From the NCBI GenBank assembly GCA_021846515.1, contig JAJZWU010000005.1:4659-68658 (forward strand): a stretch of DNA of 64,000 bases, in the 5' to 3' direction. The stretch is from Actinomycetes bacterium (lineage in GTDB: Bacteria; Actinomycetota; Acidimicrobiia; Acidimicrobiales; JAMCPL01). Made by a program: the position numbers and the translations under genes. Below the pieces are notes generated by a model. That model worked only from the letters and a program-made list of their open reading frames with translations. It had not been told where the DNA came from and ran no database searches. Positions 1 to 8,853 of this stretch are shown here, piece after piece (the first letter of the stretch is position 1; every line of letters begins with the position of its first letter).

Positions 1-50
1 AATTACCTTCCTTCTATTCAGTCTATGACCTTAATCCAGTGATTCTATCC

Positions 51-76
51 GCAAGACACAACATGTTGTGTCTTGC
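51..76. repeat. 26-bp perfect palindrome GCAAGACACAACATGTTGTGTCTTGC (13-bp arms, no spacer)
   Basis: Read directly; the sequence equals its own reverse complement. It sits in non-coding DNA about 180 nt downstream of the hipA stop. There is no adjacent T-run, so it is not a canonical intrinsic terminator. Confidence 0.85.
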
Positions 77-253
77 TGCTTAGCATACACAAGATACTGT
101 GGTAATTACATCATAGTATCTCGACCCTGTCAACGCTTTTATAAAAAAATCTTCTGACGTGCACCAATTGGTATATGGGCGACCGTGCAAAATGATACCG
201 GCTCAGATTCCGCTCCTTTGACGCGTGGAGTTTGCCGCGCTCTCTCAGTTCGG

Positions 254-1495
254 TCAGATCTCTCGACGCCCGCGTTGGAGGTGACTGAGCTGATCGGCAA
301 TGCACCGGCGAAATCGTTCCGGAAAACCTGGGGTCTCATCTGCCGCCCATTCGATAGCAGATGGAACAGCATCAATCAATTGGTCGATTATATCTGTGGC
401 TCGCAGGCGCGACATGCCCCAACCTACTGCCTCATTGACGATTCGGTCAGCTGTCACCCGGTCCATCCGGCGAACGTTGTCAATGTACATAGCCAACCGG
501 CTGTCTCCATACGCCAGCGTGGACATCAAATCATAGGCCGGAGCCAGCCGTAGCCTTCCAGGGGAGTCATATACGAGCGAGAAGTTCTTGGCGTGAGCAT
601 CCCCGTTGCCGAGCACTATGTTGAGCGCCACTATCCGGAGGAGCGCCTCCACTGATGCGAATGAGGCAACCGCCTGAACGATGCCGGCCATTTGCCGCAG
701 AGAGGGACCCCCATCCTCCTGGTACTTACGGCTCGGAGGAACTCCGATAGCTTGGCAGAAATCCTCCTGATGAAAACGATGCACCCTGCCATCGGGATCG
801 ACAGACCGGTCATACCTCTCAACCACAATCAACTTACGACCACCAATCACAATTGTCTCAATACCCGCGGCAACAATTCCAAGCCGTTGAGCCATCCGCA
901 TACAAAAGGCCTCGTTTTCTACGGTATGAGGGTAAGCTGCGACTTCCGGCTTGAGAATATGGGTAGATGGCGTTCCATCTACAGGTCTACCCCAGCGTCC
1001 ATCGGGCATGCGGGTAAGCAGCAGCTTTTCCTGTACTCCGGCCAGAGAAATACGTACCCGACCACCAACCCCGAGAGGAGCGCTCCGAAGGTTTGCAACA
1101 AGCCCAGCGATCTCATCATCAGTTAAGAGCTCGGCAGTAACAGTTGTAGCAAAAGGGGGGGGCGGGTCATCGACAGGCTGAATCACAAGCGCACCGGCAC
1201 AATCACGACCCAAGGCGCGAATAAGCCCAAATGTATCATTTTCCGGCAGACCAAAGTCTCGCGCGATCACTCTCCGGGATTCACCCTCTGGAAGCAACCC
1301 ATCCAGAAAAGCACTGACCAGCCCCTGGGGATACGGTTCATCAGTCAATGGCATAGACAGGGAAAGCAGCGGGGTACCAAGCGGGAACCGTTCCAATGCA
1401 TCAATGGTGTACGACATACGCAGCCGGTTGCGGATACGGGACACTACGGCCACCTGGGTGCCGTCAAGCCATATTGCCAATTCGCCGGTCGTCAC
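254..1495 (-). CDS. hipA: HipA-family Ser/Thr kinase toxin (type II TA)
   Basis: 413-aa ORF with a HipA N-terminal region and a kinase core carrying SLAGVQEKLLL and GNGDAHAKNFSL motifs. The GTG start overlaps the hipB stop by 4 nt (GTGA). Confidence 0.9.
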   Translation of the reverse strand: MTTGELAIWLDGTQVAVVSRIRNRLRMSYTIDALERFPLGTPLLSLSMPLTDEPYPQGLVSAFLDGLLPEGESRRVIARDFGLPENDTFGLIRALGRDCAGALVIQPVDDPPPPFATTVTAELLTDDEIAGLVANLRSAPLGVGGRVRISLAGVQEKLLLTRMPDGRWGRPVDGTPSTHILKPEVAAYPHTVENEAFCMRMAQRLGIVAAGIETIVIGGRKLIVVERYDRSVDPDGRVHRFHQEDFCQAIGVPPSRKYQEDGGPSLRQMAGIVQAVASFASVEALLRIVALNIVLGNGDAHAKNFSLVYDSPGRLRLAPAYDLMSTLAYGDSRLAMYIDNVRRMDRVTADRIVNEAVGWGMSRLRATDIIDQLIDAVPSAIEWAADETPGFPERFRRCIADQLSHLQRGRREI

Positions 1496-1833
1496 CAGTC
1501 CGCCCGCTGCAAGGTCATTCGCACGCCCAGTTCCTTTAGAATCCGAACAACGCGGCGGAAATGTTCGGTATCTTGCCCGTTCTCGAGGCGGGAGAGGTAG
1601 GTCACAGAGACACCAACCTGCTCGGCAAGCTGAGCCTGGGTTATACCCGCATTGTGGCGATAATGACGAATGGCCTTGCCAACCGATGTTGCAGTGTAAA
1701 TTCGGAATGGCCGGTTGTCCTCAGGTAATAATGGGGCGCGAATAGAGTAATGCTCTGGCAATGTTGCAATGTAAGGCTGGAGTGGCTCGTTGTCTTTAGG
1801 TATGTTATTGCTCATATTCACAATATAGCACAT
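1492..1833 (-). CDS. hipB: HipB-like XRE-family HTH antitoxin
   Basis: 113-aa ORF with a Cro/C1-type HTH (ITQAQLAEQVGVSVTYLSRLENG), immediately upstream of and overlapping hipA. The true start may be the ATG at 1815 (MSNNIPKD...). Confidence 0.85.
   Translation of the reverse strand: MCYIVNMSNNIPKDNEPLQPYIATLPEHYSIRAPLLPEDNRPFRIYTATSVGKAIRHYRHNAGITQAQLAEQVGVSVTYLSRLENGQDTEHFRRVVRILKELGVRMTLQRADW
1822..1827 (-). promoter_or_regulatory. Putative -10 hexamer (TATATT) for hipBA, 6 nt upstream of the ATG at 1815 (leaderless architecture)
   Basis: The minus strand reads GCTATATTGTGAATATGAGC. There is no Shine-Dalgarno between the hexamer and the ATG. The -35 is poor. Confidence 0.35.
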
Positions 1834-1845
1834 GTATGGAAATAA

Positions 1846-1887
1846 TTGCTGATTTTAGCAACTGACGTGACTTGCGTAAATCAGCAA
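1846..1887. promoter_or_regulatory. 42-bp near-palindrome; candidate HipB operator and/or terminator hairpin of the upstream Nramp gene
   Basis: TTGCTGATTT (1846-1855) and AAATCAGCAA (1878-1887) are perfect 10-bp inverted arms. The 22-nt spacer is itself imperfectly palindromic around ACGT, giving 17 of 21 symmetric positions overall. It lies between the Nramp stop (1969) and the hipB start. On the minus strand it is followed by TTATTT. Confidence 0.5.
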
Positions 1888-1968
1888 CCTATATACGAAT
1901 CCAGTAACGCCATCTTTAGCGCAACAGGTGAGGTGTGTGCACATGGACGCGCCACGACCACCAACGAC

Positions 1969-3270
1969 CTAGAGCCAGCCAAGCGTCACGGGAATCATGT
2001 AAAGACCGAATCCTATGACTACCAGGCAAACGGCTGTAACGAGCCAACGATATACACCCTTAGAGCGATACTTGGCCGGCAGGGCACGAGATTCCAACGC
2101 CAGGAGAAAGCCAAGCACGATAGGAAGCAGTAGCGCATTCATCACCTCTACCGCGATGACCAGGCTGACCAGATTGAAGTTGAGCAGCACTATGACCGCC
2201 CCCAGAATATGAGCAAGAGTATAGGTAACATAAAACTTGACTGTCTTCCGGCTCGGTTTGGAGTTCAGTGAATGCTCCCATCCAAACGCCTCAGATATCC
2301 CCCAGGCAGCAGCCAACGAGGCTACAAGTGCAGCTACAAGTGCAGCACCAATCAACCCGATGCCCAGAACCACCTTGGATCCCTCAATACCAAGAGCCGG
2401 AGTCAATGCGGACGCAAGTTGCCCTACCGTTTGCAGCGAGGGGGCATAGTGCCGCAAACTTTCAGTGGCGGCAAATGCCATTATTATGACTACCATAAGT
2501 CCCTGAGTGATCACAGCCCCTACTGCCGTGTCACGGCGCTCGCTACGGATATGATTATGTCTGAGTTCTTTATCTATTACTGCACCCTGCTGGTAAAAGA
2601 TCATCCACGGCATGATGACGGCGCCTACGTTGGCAGCCAGCAATGTCATATACGAACTGCTTCTAACAGGAAACTGCGCCAGGCCATGAGCAACGGCATG
2701 CAGATCCGGATGAGCAAGCAGCATTGCCGGTATAAAGACCAACTCTGCCAATCCGAGGGCTATCCCTATCCGTTCCGCTCTCCTGTAGCTGCCGGTAAGC
2801 GCTATACCGACCAAAAATGCTGCGGCGACTGGAACAGCCAGGTCAGGAGTAATGCCAAATAGCTGTCCTACCCCTGCAACGCCTACAAACTCGGTGATAA
2901 GAGCACCGGCGCTGGAGAGAAACAGGGTAAGCGCCGACAGCGCTGCCCATCTACGCCCGAATCGCTCCCTTATAAGTGCACCGTGCCCCTTTTGTGTCAC
3001 GATACCAAGCCTCACCGTCATTTCCTGGACGACATATAATATCGGAATAAGAATTAGTTGTGGCAGCAGAAGGCGGTATCCCCAGTCAGCTCCGGACTGT
3101 GCAGCTGTGATAGTACTTCCGACGTCAGTAAGATCGGGCATTACTATCAGGCCGGGTCCCCAGATTGCGAAAAACCCGATACGCAACCACCTCAGGCGTC
3201 GTATCCGCCCGCCGGGAAGGCCTTTCTCTGAAGCATCTTCCACTGTGCCAGCTTCTCTGATAATCCTCAT
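1969..3270 (-). CDS. mntH: NRAMP-family divalent metal transporter (variant metal-site motifs)
   Basis: 433-aa polytopic ORF. It has the Nramp TM1 region GPGLIVMPDLTDVGS...AAQSGADWGYRLL and the TM6 region GAVIMPW. The canonical DPGN and MPH motifs read DVGS and MPW here. Confidence 0.8.
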   Translation of the reverse strand: MRIIREAGTVEDASEKGLPGGRIRRLRWLRIGFFAIWGPGLIVMPDLTDVGSTITAAQSGADWGYRLLLPQLILIPILYVVQEMTVRLGIVTQKGHGALIRERFGRRWAALSALTLFLSSAGALITEFVGVAGVGQLFGITPDLAVPVAAAFLVGIALTGSYRRAERIGIALGLAELVFIPAMLLAHPDLHAVAHGLAQFPVRSSSYMTLLAANVGAVIMPWMIFYQQGAVIDKELRHNHIRSERRDTAVGAVITQGLMVVIIMAFAATESLRHYAPSLQTVGQLASALTPALGIEGSKVVLGIGLIGAALVAALVASLAAAWGISEAFGWEHSLNSKPSRKTVKFYVTYTLAHILGAVIVLLNFNLVSLVIAVEVMNALLLPIVLGFLLALESRALPAKYRSKGVYRWLVTAVCLVVIGFGLYMIPVTLGWL

Positions 3271-3276
3271 ATATAG

Positions 3277-3295
3277 TTAGATTAGGCTAACCTAA
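3277..3295. promoter_or_regulatory. IdeR/DtxR-family (iron/manganese) operator box
   Basis: TTAGATTAGGCTAACCTAA matches the 19-bp IdeR consensus TTAGGTTAGGCTAACCTAA at 18 of 19 positions. It is the core of a 37-nt palindrome (3268-3304, 17 of 18 pairs) that includes the Nramp start codon. Confidence 0.7.
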
Positions 3296-3308
3296 CTATA
3301 TATGTCAA
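3279..3308 (-). promoter_or_regulatory. Putative Nramp promoter: TTGACA (3308-3303), 18-nt spacer, TAATCT (3284-3279)
   Basis: The minus strand reads TTGACAtatatagttaggttagccTAATCTaactatatATG. The -10 ends 8 nt before the ATG with no SD, so the mRNA is leaderless or nearly so. The iron box spans the spacer and the -10. Confidence 0.5.
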
Positions 3309-3329
3309 GTCCGGTGCTGTAACGATATC

Positions 3330-4451
3330 TTAGGCCAGCTTTGATGCTATGCTGGACGCTCTTTCAAGCACCGACCCGTCAGCTCCCTGAACGCTGTACG
3401 AAATCGCCGTAGCGTTCATAGCTTCAGCAACCATGTCGTCAAGCAACTCAACAAACCTCCTCGGAGGATCTATCCACAGGTACCTGGCCAGCGAACCGGG
3501 TATGGAGTTAACTTCGTTCAAATAGAGTTCGCCCTCCTTCCAAAGAAAGTCCACCCGGACAATACCTCGTATAGCAACAATATCTATAAGCGATGCAGCG
3601 ATTGACCTAATGTTCTTTATTACAGATTCATCTACATCGGCAGGTAACTCTCTCGGTGCGCTTACCATTCCCTCCCTACCTGAATACTTGTCCTCATAAC
3701 TTAGTATCTCGCCCGACTTATCCCTCCTAAGTGGACGCTCCACGGCAGATATCTCTACAGACGGGAATGTCCTTACCCCTACATTCAAATCAGACAAATC
3801 AGGCCGATATGGTTCAAGCACAGCCCCTCGCCGTAGGTATGGACTCACTCTTGCCAGATCTCGCGCAGTACCAAGATCGTTTACTACCTCTATGCCAATA
3901 GAAGAACCACCAAACCTGGGCTTGACAATATATGGCGGGTCAAACGGCACATCTATATCCACCTCGCCTCTCAGCAAAACACGCGGTAATACAGACAGGC
4001 CAGCCGCTGATACGGCGCCGTAGAAGGCTACTTTATCCATCACCAGAGACGCTCCGGCAACACCCTGGCCGGTATACGCTATGCCAGCCATCTGCAACAT
4101 ACCCTGGAGAGTACCATCTTCTCCCGGCCCACCATGGCAGCAATTGATAGCTGCATCCAAGGGTAAGCGCTTCTTGGATAGTCTGGAGTTTGTAAAGAAA
4201 CCCCCATTACCACCTACTTCAAACGCCAGTCGACCGGCCTCTTTCGGCACCCCATTCATGAATGCGGCGGCTTCAAGGGACGCAGGTATGCTATAAAACT
4301 CTCCGGATTTGGACCAGTAGATGCCATACACGATCCTGGCCGACCTACTGATTTCATGCAACACTTGAAGCCCGGTCAGCACCGAGACATCGTGTTCGTC
4401 TGAAGGGCCGCCGAATACCACTCCGGCAACATAATTATTGTCTGTATTCAC
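3330..4451 (-). CDS. ddl: D-alanine--D-alanine ligase
   Basis: 373 aa. N-terminal VVFGGPSDEHDVSVLTG and CHGGPGEDGTLQGMLQMAGIAYTG, plus an ATP-grasp C-terminal half (LYLNEVNSIPG). GTG start with a GAAAGG SD. Confidence 0.9.
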   Translation of the reverse strand: MNTDNNYVAGVVFGGPSDEHDVSVLTGLQVLHEISRSARIVYGIYWSKSGEFYSIPASLEAAAFMNGVPKEAGRLAFEVGGNGGFFTNSRLSKKRLPLDAAINCCHGGPGEDGTLQGMLQMAGIAYTGQGVAGASLVMDKVAFYGAVSAAGLSVLPRVLLRGEVDIDVPFDPPYIVKPRFGGSSIGIEVVNDLGTARDLARVSPYLRRGAVLEPYRPDLSDLNVGVRTFPSVEISAVERPLRRDKSGEILSYEDKYSGREGMVSAPRELPADVDESVIKNIRSIAASLIDIVAIRGIVRVDFLWKEGELYLNEVNSIPGSLARYLWIDPPRRFVELLDDMVAEAMNATAISYSVQGADGSVLERASSIASKLA

Positions 4452-4676
4452 CTATTTTGACCTTTCTCTGGAACCACCTGCACATCACAGTCAATGTTAT
4501 TCTATCCGCCCTTCGGAAGGAGGCTGCGTTCCGACCTATCCAACCGACCCGGAAAACAATAAGCACAAATCATCCACAAGAGCGGAAGGGCATCAATAGG
4601 ACACACTATACCAAGTATGCAACGGATAAGAAATCTATTCCAGCGGATGTAAGCCATCCTTTGGTAAGCTGTATAC

Positions 4677-5327
4677 GTGAATCCAGAAGCAGTACGTAAT
4701 TATCCAGAGCAGCAAAGCAGCAAAGACAGCAAAGACGAAACTATCACGCCAGGTTACGACGAGTCGAGACTGGCTACCATACCCAATCTTGTAACGGCTG
4801 TGCGTATTGCCTGCATACCGGTATTCATCTGGATGACCGTATTCGCCCACATGCTGGTCGCGGGCGCAATCCTGCTGGGAGTCCTTGGCGCTACTGACTG
4901 GGTGGACGGTCAGCTGGCCCGTAGGCTGAACCAGGTATCCAACCTCGGTAAATTCATCGACCCCACCGCGGATAGGCTGCTTGTGGTATCCGGCGTAATA
5001 GCGGCTATTCTCACTCATGCAGTACCGGTATGGCTGGTCGTCGTGGTACTTATCAGAGAAGTGCTGGTCAGCCTGGCTGTACTGCTCTTAATGTTCATCG
5101 GCGCCAAGAGAATAGATGTACTCTTCGCCGGCAAGGCAGGCACCTTTGCGATCATGGTGGCTTTCCCCGCATTTCTCATATCTTATGGACATGCAGCGTG
5201 GCAAACTCCATTCCACATAATTGCCTGGGTGGCCACTGTAGCCGGTCTAGCGCTCGGTTGGATAGCCGTACTGGCTTACATCCCCGCAGCAAAACATGCT
5301 CTGGCAACCCGAAACAGTACAACATAA
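4677..5327 (+). CDS. CDP-alcohol phosphatidyltransferase (PgsA / cardiolipin-synthase type)
   Basis: 216 aa, membrane protein. Complete D-x2-DG-x2-AR-x8-G-x3-D-x3-D motif (DWVDGQLARRLNQVSNLGKFIDPTAD). Confidence 0.8.
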   Translation: MNPEAVRNYPEQQSSKDSKDETITPGYDESRLATIPNLVTAVRIACIPVFIWMTVFAHMLVAGAILLGVLGATDWVDGQLARRLNQVSNLGKFIDPTADRLLVVSGVIAAILTHAVPVWLVVVVLIREVLVSLAVLLLMFIGAKRIDVLFAGKAGTFAIMVAFPAFLISYGHAAWQTPFHIIAWVATVAGLALGWIAVLAYIPAAKHALATRNSTT

Positions 5328-5338
5328 GGAGATAGAGA

Positions 5339-7825
5339 ATGAAAGCAGTTATCATGGCAGGTGGTGAGGGAACTCGATTGAGGCCGTTAACGTCCAATAC
5401 TCCCAAACCCATGCTACCAATGGCAAACAAACCTATGATGGAACACATACTGTCATTACTGCGCCAACACGGTATAGAGGAAGTTGTCGTAACCGTGGCG
5501 TTCATGGCAAATGCTATAAGGACATATTTTGGAGATGGCTCAGAATTCAACCTCTCAATGGTCTACGCGACCGAAGAAAGCCCCCTGGGAACAGCAGGAT
5601 CCGTCCTCAACGCCGCAGAGCAATTGACCGAACGTTTCCTGGTTATATCGGGTGACGTATTGACTGACATCAATCTATCTGAGGTAATAAAGTTCCACGA
5701 AGATAGGGATGCCCTATGTACTATCGCACTAAAGTCGGTAGAGAATCCTCTCGATTTTGGAATCGTAATTACCAGAGAAGATGGCTCCATAGAGCGCTTC
5801 CTGGAAAAGCCTACCTGGGGACAGGTATTCAGCGACACCATAAACACCGGTATCTACGTGCTCGAACCGGAGATATTCGATTTCATTGAACGAGGACGCC
5901 CTGTCGACTTCTCCGGAGATGTGTTCCCGAGAGTACTGGAAAAAGGCAAGCCCATCTATGGCAATGTGGTCGATGGATACTGGGAGGATGTTGGCACCCT
6001 GGAAGCATATCTCAGGGCACATGAGGATGCCCTCGATCAACGAGTGAGCATCCAGATAGATGGCTTCTCCCTGCGGCCGGGTGTATGGCTTGGGAAGGGC
6101 GCAGAGGTGGACCCAGAGGCCAGAATAGAGGGACCTGCGATCATTGGAGACTATTGCCGCATAGAGGCAGGAGCAAGAATCGGTAGGTACTGCACTCTGG
6201 GCGCAAACGTCAAGATGGGAAGTGATACATTCATCCAGCACTCAGTAGTACACGACAATGCATATCTGGCGAACCGGACGAGCATAGAGGGAGCTGTGCT
6301 GGGTAAGGCATGTGACATCCGAGATGCCACACGGATAGAAAATGGTGTCGTCATGGGAGAGGGCTGCGCCATAGGGGCAGATACCATAATACGCTCAGGA
6401 GTAAAAATATACCCATACAAGACAGTAGAACAGGGAGCAATAGTAAACTCATCAATAGTCTGGGAGACAAGAGGATCGCGCGTAATATTCGGACGTGACG
6501 GAGTAAGAGGATTGGCAAACGTCGACATCAGCCCAGAATTCGTCATCAGGCTCTTTATGGCCTGGGCAAGTACCCTTGAAAAAGGGGCACGGATTACAGC
6601 TTCAAGAGATACCAGTAGAGCTGCTCGCGTACTGAAACGCGCTGCTATGGTAGGCTGCAATGCCGCTGGAATAACTGTAGATGACCTTGAGGTGGCAACC
6701 ATCCCGGTCACTCGATTCATAATACAATCTGCCTCCAACCAAGGTGGCTTTACCGTCAGGCTCGCTGACGACGACAGGCACTCCATAGTAATACGCTTCT
6801 TTGACGAAGAAGGGCGTGATATGGGCGAATCGATGCAACGTAAGGTAGAGAGGATGTATCACAGAGAGGATTTCAGGAGGGTGCCCGCGCCTGAAATCGG
6901 AGATATATCATTTGTATCCAGAGCGCTTGAGCAGTACACCGAAAAATTGCTCGACACGGTAGATGTGGAAGCAATCACATCAGCCAATTTCAAACTTGTT
7001 TTGGACTATTCTTTCGGCACTGCCAGCTTCCTGATGCCAAACATTCTAGCCAAGCTGCAAGCCGACGTACTGGTATCGAACCCGTATGGAGCGACTGCAC
7101 CAGCCACCTCTACCGATAGATGGTCGTCCTTGAAACGCGTATCAGACCTAGTAGTAGCATCCGGGGCTGATCTTGGTGCGATAATAGATCCGGGAGGCGA
7201 GAGATTGACGATCATAGACGATGGGGGCAACGTGCTCACCGAGACGCAGTCTCTCATGGCACTACTGGATCTCGTCCTCAAAACCTTCAATCGGCCTCAT
7301 GTAATGCTACCCCTTAGCGCACCTACAGCGGCATTGGAGGAATGCCATAGAGTCGGAGCCAAGCAGAGCTGGGTGAAGCTCTACTCAAATGAATCTGCCT
7401 ATCCCCTCAAGGGCGAACAGGTAACCTTTGTAGCCGATCATTCCAATGCTTACGCTTTCCCGGATTTTCTGCCTGCTTATGATGCTGTATCCACATTGGT
7501 AAACCTGCTGGCAATGCTCGGGGACGCTCACACCAGCTTATCTCAAATAGTATCGGGGCTACCGGACGTGCAGATCGTACACGAGGAATTGGCAACTCCC
7601 TCTGACCATAAAGGTATTGTCATGCGTTCACTTATCGAGCAATCCTCTGAACGGGACGTCCTGCTAATCGAGGGGATAAAAATTACCGAAGATGATGGGT
7701 GGACGTGGATACTACCGGATCCGGAAGGACCCATCACCCATGTGTGGGTAGAGGCGCCTACTCACACAGAAGCACGATCTCGTGCGCAACAATACGCCTT
7801 TCGTATACGCCAGATGTTACGTTAG
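5339..7825 (+). CDS. Bifunctional sugar-1-phosphate nucleotidylyltransferase / phosphomannomutase-phosphoglucomutase (ManC-ManB-like fusion)
   Basis: 828 aa. N-terminal [18 protein letters not shown] nucleotidyltransferase fold, a left-handed beta-helix hexapeptide region, and a C-terminal alpha-D-phosphohexomutase domain. AAGGAG SD upstream. Confidence 0.85.
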   Translation: MKAVIMAGGEGTRLRPLTSNTPKPMLPMANKPMMEHILSLLRQHGIEEVVVTVAFMANAIRTYFGDGSEFNLSMVYATEESPLGTAGSVLNAAEQLTERFLVISGDVLTDINLSEVIKFHEDRDALCTIALKSVENPLDFGIVITREDGSIERFLEKPTWGQVFSDTINTGIYVLEPEIFDFIERGRPVDFSGDVFPRVLEKGKPIYGNVVDGYWEDVGTLEAYLRAHEDALDQRVSIQIDGFSLRPGVWLGKGAEVDPEARIEGPAIIGDYCRIEAGARIGRYCTLGANVKMGSDTFIQHSVVHDNAYLANRTSIEGAVLGKACDIRDATRIENGVVMGEGCAIGADTIIRSGVKIYPYKTVEQGAIVNSSIVWETRGSRVIFGRDGVRGLANVDISPEFVIRLFMAWASTLEKGARITASRDTSRAARVLKRAAMVGCNAAGITVDDLEVATIPVTRFIIQSASNQGGFTVRLADDDRHSIVIRFFDEEGRDMGESMQRKVERMYHREDFRRVPAPEIGDISFVSRALEQYTEKLLDTVDVEAITSANFKLVLDYSFGTASFLMPNILAKLQADVLVSNPYGATAPATSTDRWSSLKRVSDLVVASGADLGAIIDPGGERLTIIDDGGNVLTETQSLMALLDLVLKTFNRPHVMLPLSAPTAALEECHRVGAKQSWVKLYSNESAYPLKGEQVTFVADHSNAYAFPDFLPAYDAVSTLVNLLAMLGDAHTSLSQIVSGLPDVQIVHEELATPSDHKGIVMRSLIEQSSERDVLLIEGIKITEDDGWTWILPDPEGPITHVWVEAPTHTEARSRAQQYAFRIRQMLR

Positions 7826-8853
7826 TTTACCGACCAAGTACCTGACGATTTAAGCAACGTAGCGATATCGCCAATCCCCTTTTTACCTTCTATGTCCGCA
7901 ACTTGGCGAGCTACTTCAGAACCGTATTCGGGACGTTCCACGGATCTGAATACGCCGATAGGAGTTGGCTCATGCGGTCCCCTGGCGAGCCGGGACAGTT
8001 CAAATGCCTGACTTGGGTTTTCCAGCGACTCATCGTGGATTAACAGTGCATCCTCTCCTACCTCATCTACTCTCACCAGACGAAGATGGCCATCCTCGCC
8101 TCTGGCAACTCCATATTCGCCTTCTTTCCCGTAGCGAGTAGCCTGTCCATGCACCAATGGAATTAGGTAGTCCGCCCTCCTGTCCTTGCCGGTAATATCG
8201 CTGAATGCGCCGTCATTATAGACATTGCAGTTCTGGTAGATCTCTACAAACGATGTGCCCCGATGATCGTGAGCACGTCTCAATACCTCCATCATATGGT
8301 TACGATCCATATCATGGCTACGGGCAACATAGGTAGCCTCAGCTCCCAACGCCAAAGATACTGGGTTGAATGGTGCATCTATAGATCCATAAGGAGTGGA
8401 CTTGGTAACTGAACCAACCTCCGACGTAGGCGAGTACTGGCCTTTAGTCAAGCCGTAAATCTGATTGTTAAACAGTACGATATTCAGATTGATGTTGCGT
8501 CTCATGGCATGGATAAAATGGTTACCCCCAATCGAAAGAGCATCGCCATCGCCGGTGATAACCCATACATCCAGATCAGGCCTGGCAATTGCAAGCCCAC
8601 TGGCTATAGCAGGAGCCCTACCATGTATGCTATGGATACCGTATGTATTCATGTAATAGGGAAACCGCGAAGAACAACCTATGCCCGAGACAAATACGGT
8701 TGATTCCCTGCGAGCACCTATGTCTGCCAGCAATGTCTGCATAGCAGCCAAGATGGTAAAATCGCCACAACCCGGACACCAACGAACCTCCTGGTCGGAT
8801 GCCCAGTCCTTCCTGGAGGTAACCTTGCCGTTTTCCGTCGCAACATCAGTCAT
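7822..8853 (-). CDS. korB: 2-oxoglutarate/2-oxoacid:ferredoxin oxidoreductase beta subunit
   Basis: 343 aa. WCPGCGDF motif and TPP-binding GDGD...N region. The start overlaps the korA stop by 8 nt. Confidence 0.9.
   Translation of the reverse strand: MTDVATENGKVTSRKDWASDQEVRWCPGCGDFTILAAMQTLLADIGARRESTVFVSGIGCSSRFPYYMNTYGIHSIHGRAPAIASGLAIARPDLDVWVITGDGDALSIGGNHFIHAMRRNINLNIVLFNNQIYGLTKGQYSPTSEVGSVTKSTPYGSIDAPFNPVSLALGAEATYVARSHDMDRNHMMEVLRRAHDHRGTSFVEIYQNCNVYNDGAFSDITGKDRRADYLIPLVHGQATRYGKEGEYGVARGEDGHLRLVRVDEVGEDALLIHDESLENPSQAFELSRLARGPHEPTPIGVFRSVERPEYGSEVARQVADIEGKKGIGDIATLLKSSGTWSVN

Noticed and set aside
111-1181. Several 60-144-aa ORFs on either strand overlapping hipA. Similar antisense ORFs lie inside most large genes, for example 2272-2862, 5729-6786 and 58152-58667.
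   Set aside because: Each lies wholly within a longer ORF with strong family motifs. None has a motif or translation signal of its own.
5864-5882. TCGAAC ... TTCGA, which resembles actinobacterial LexA box half-sites.
   Set aside because: The half-site spacing is wrong (8 nt instead of about 4), the second half-site is incomplete, and the sequence lies inside the ManC/ManB coding region. No SOS box was seen upstream of uvrB either.
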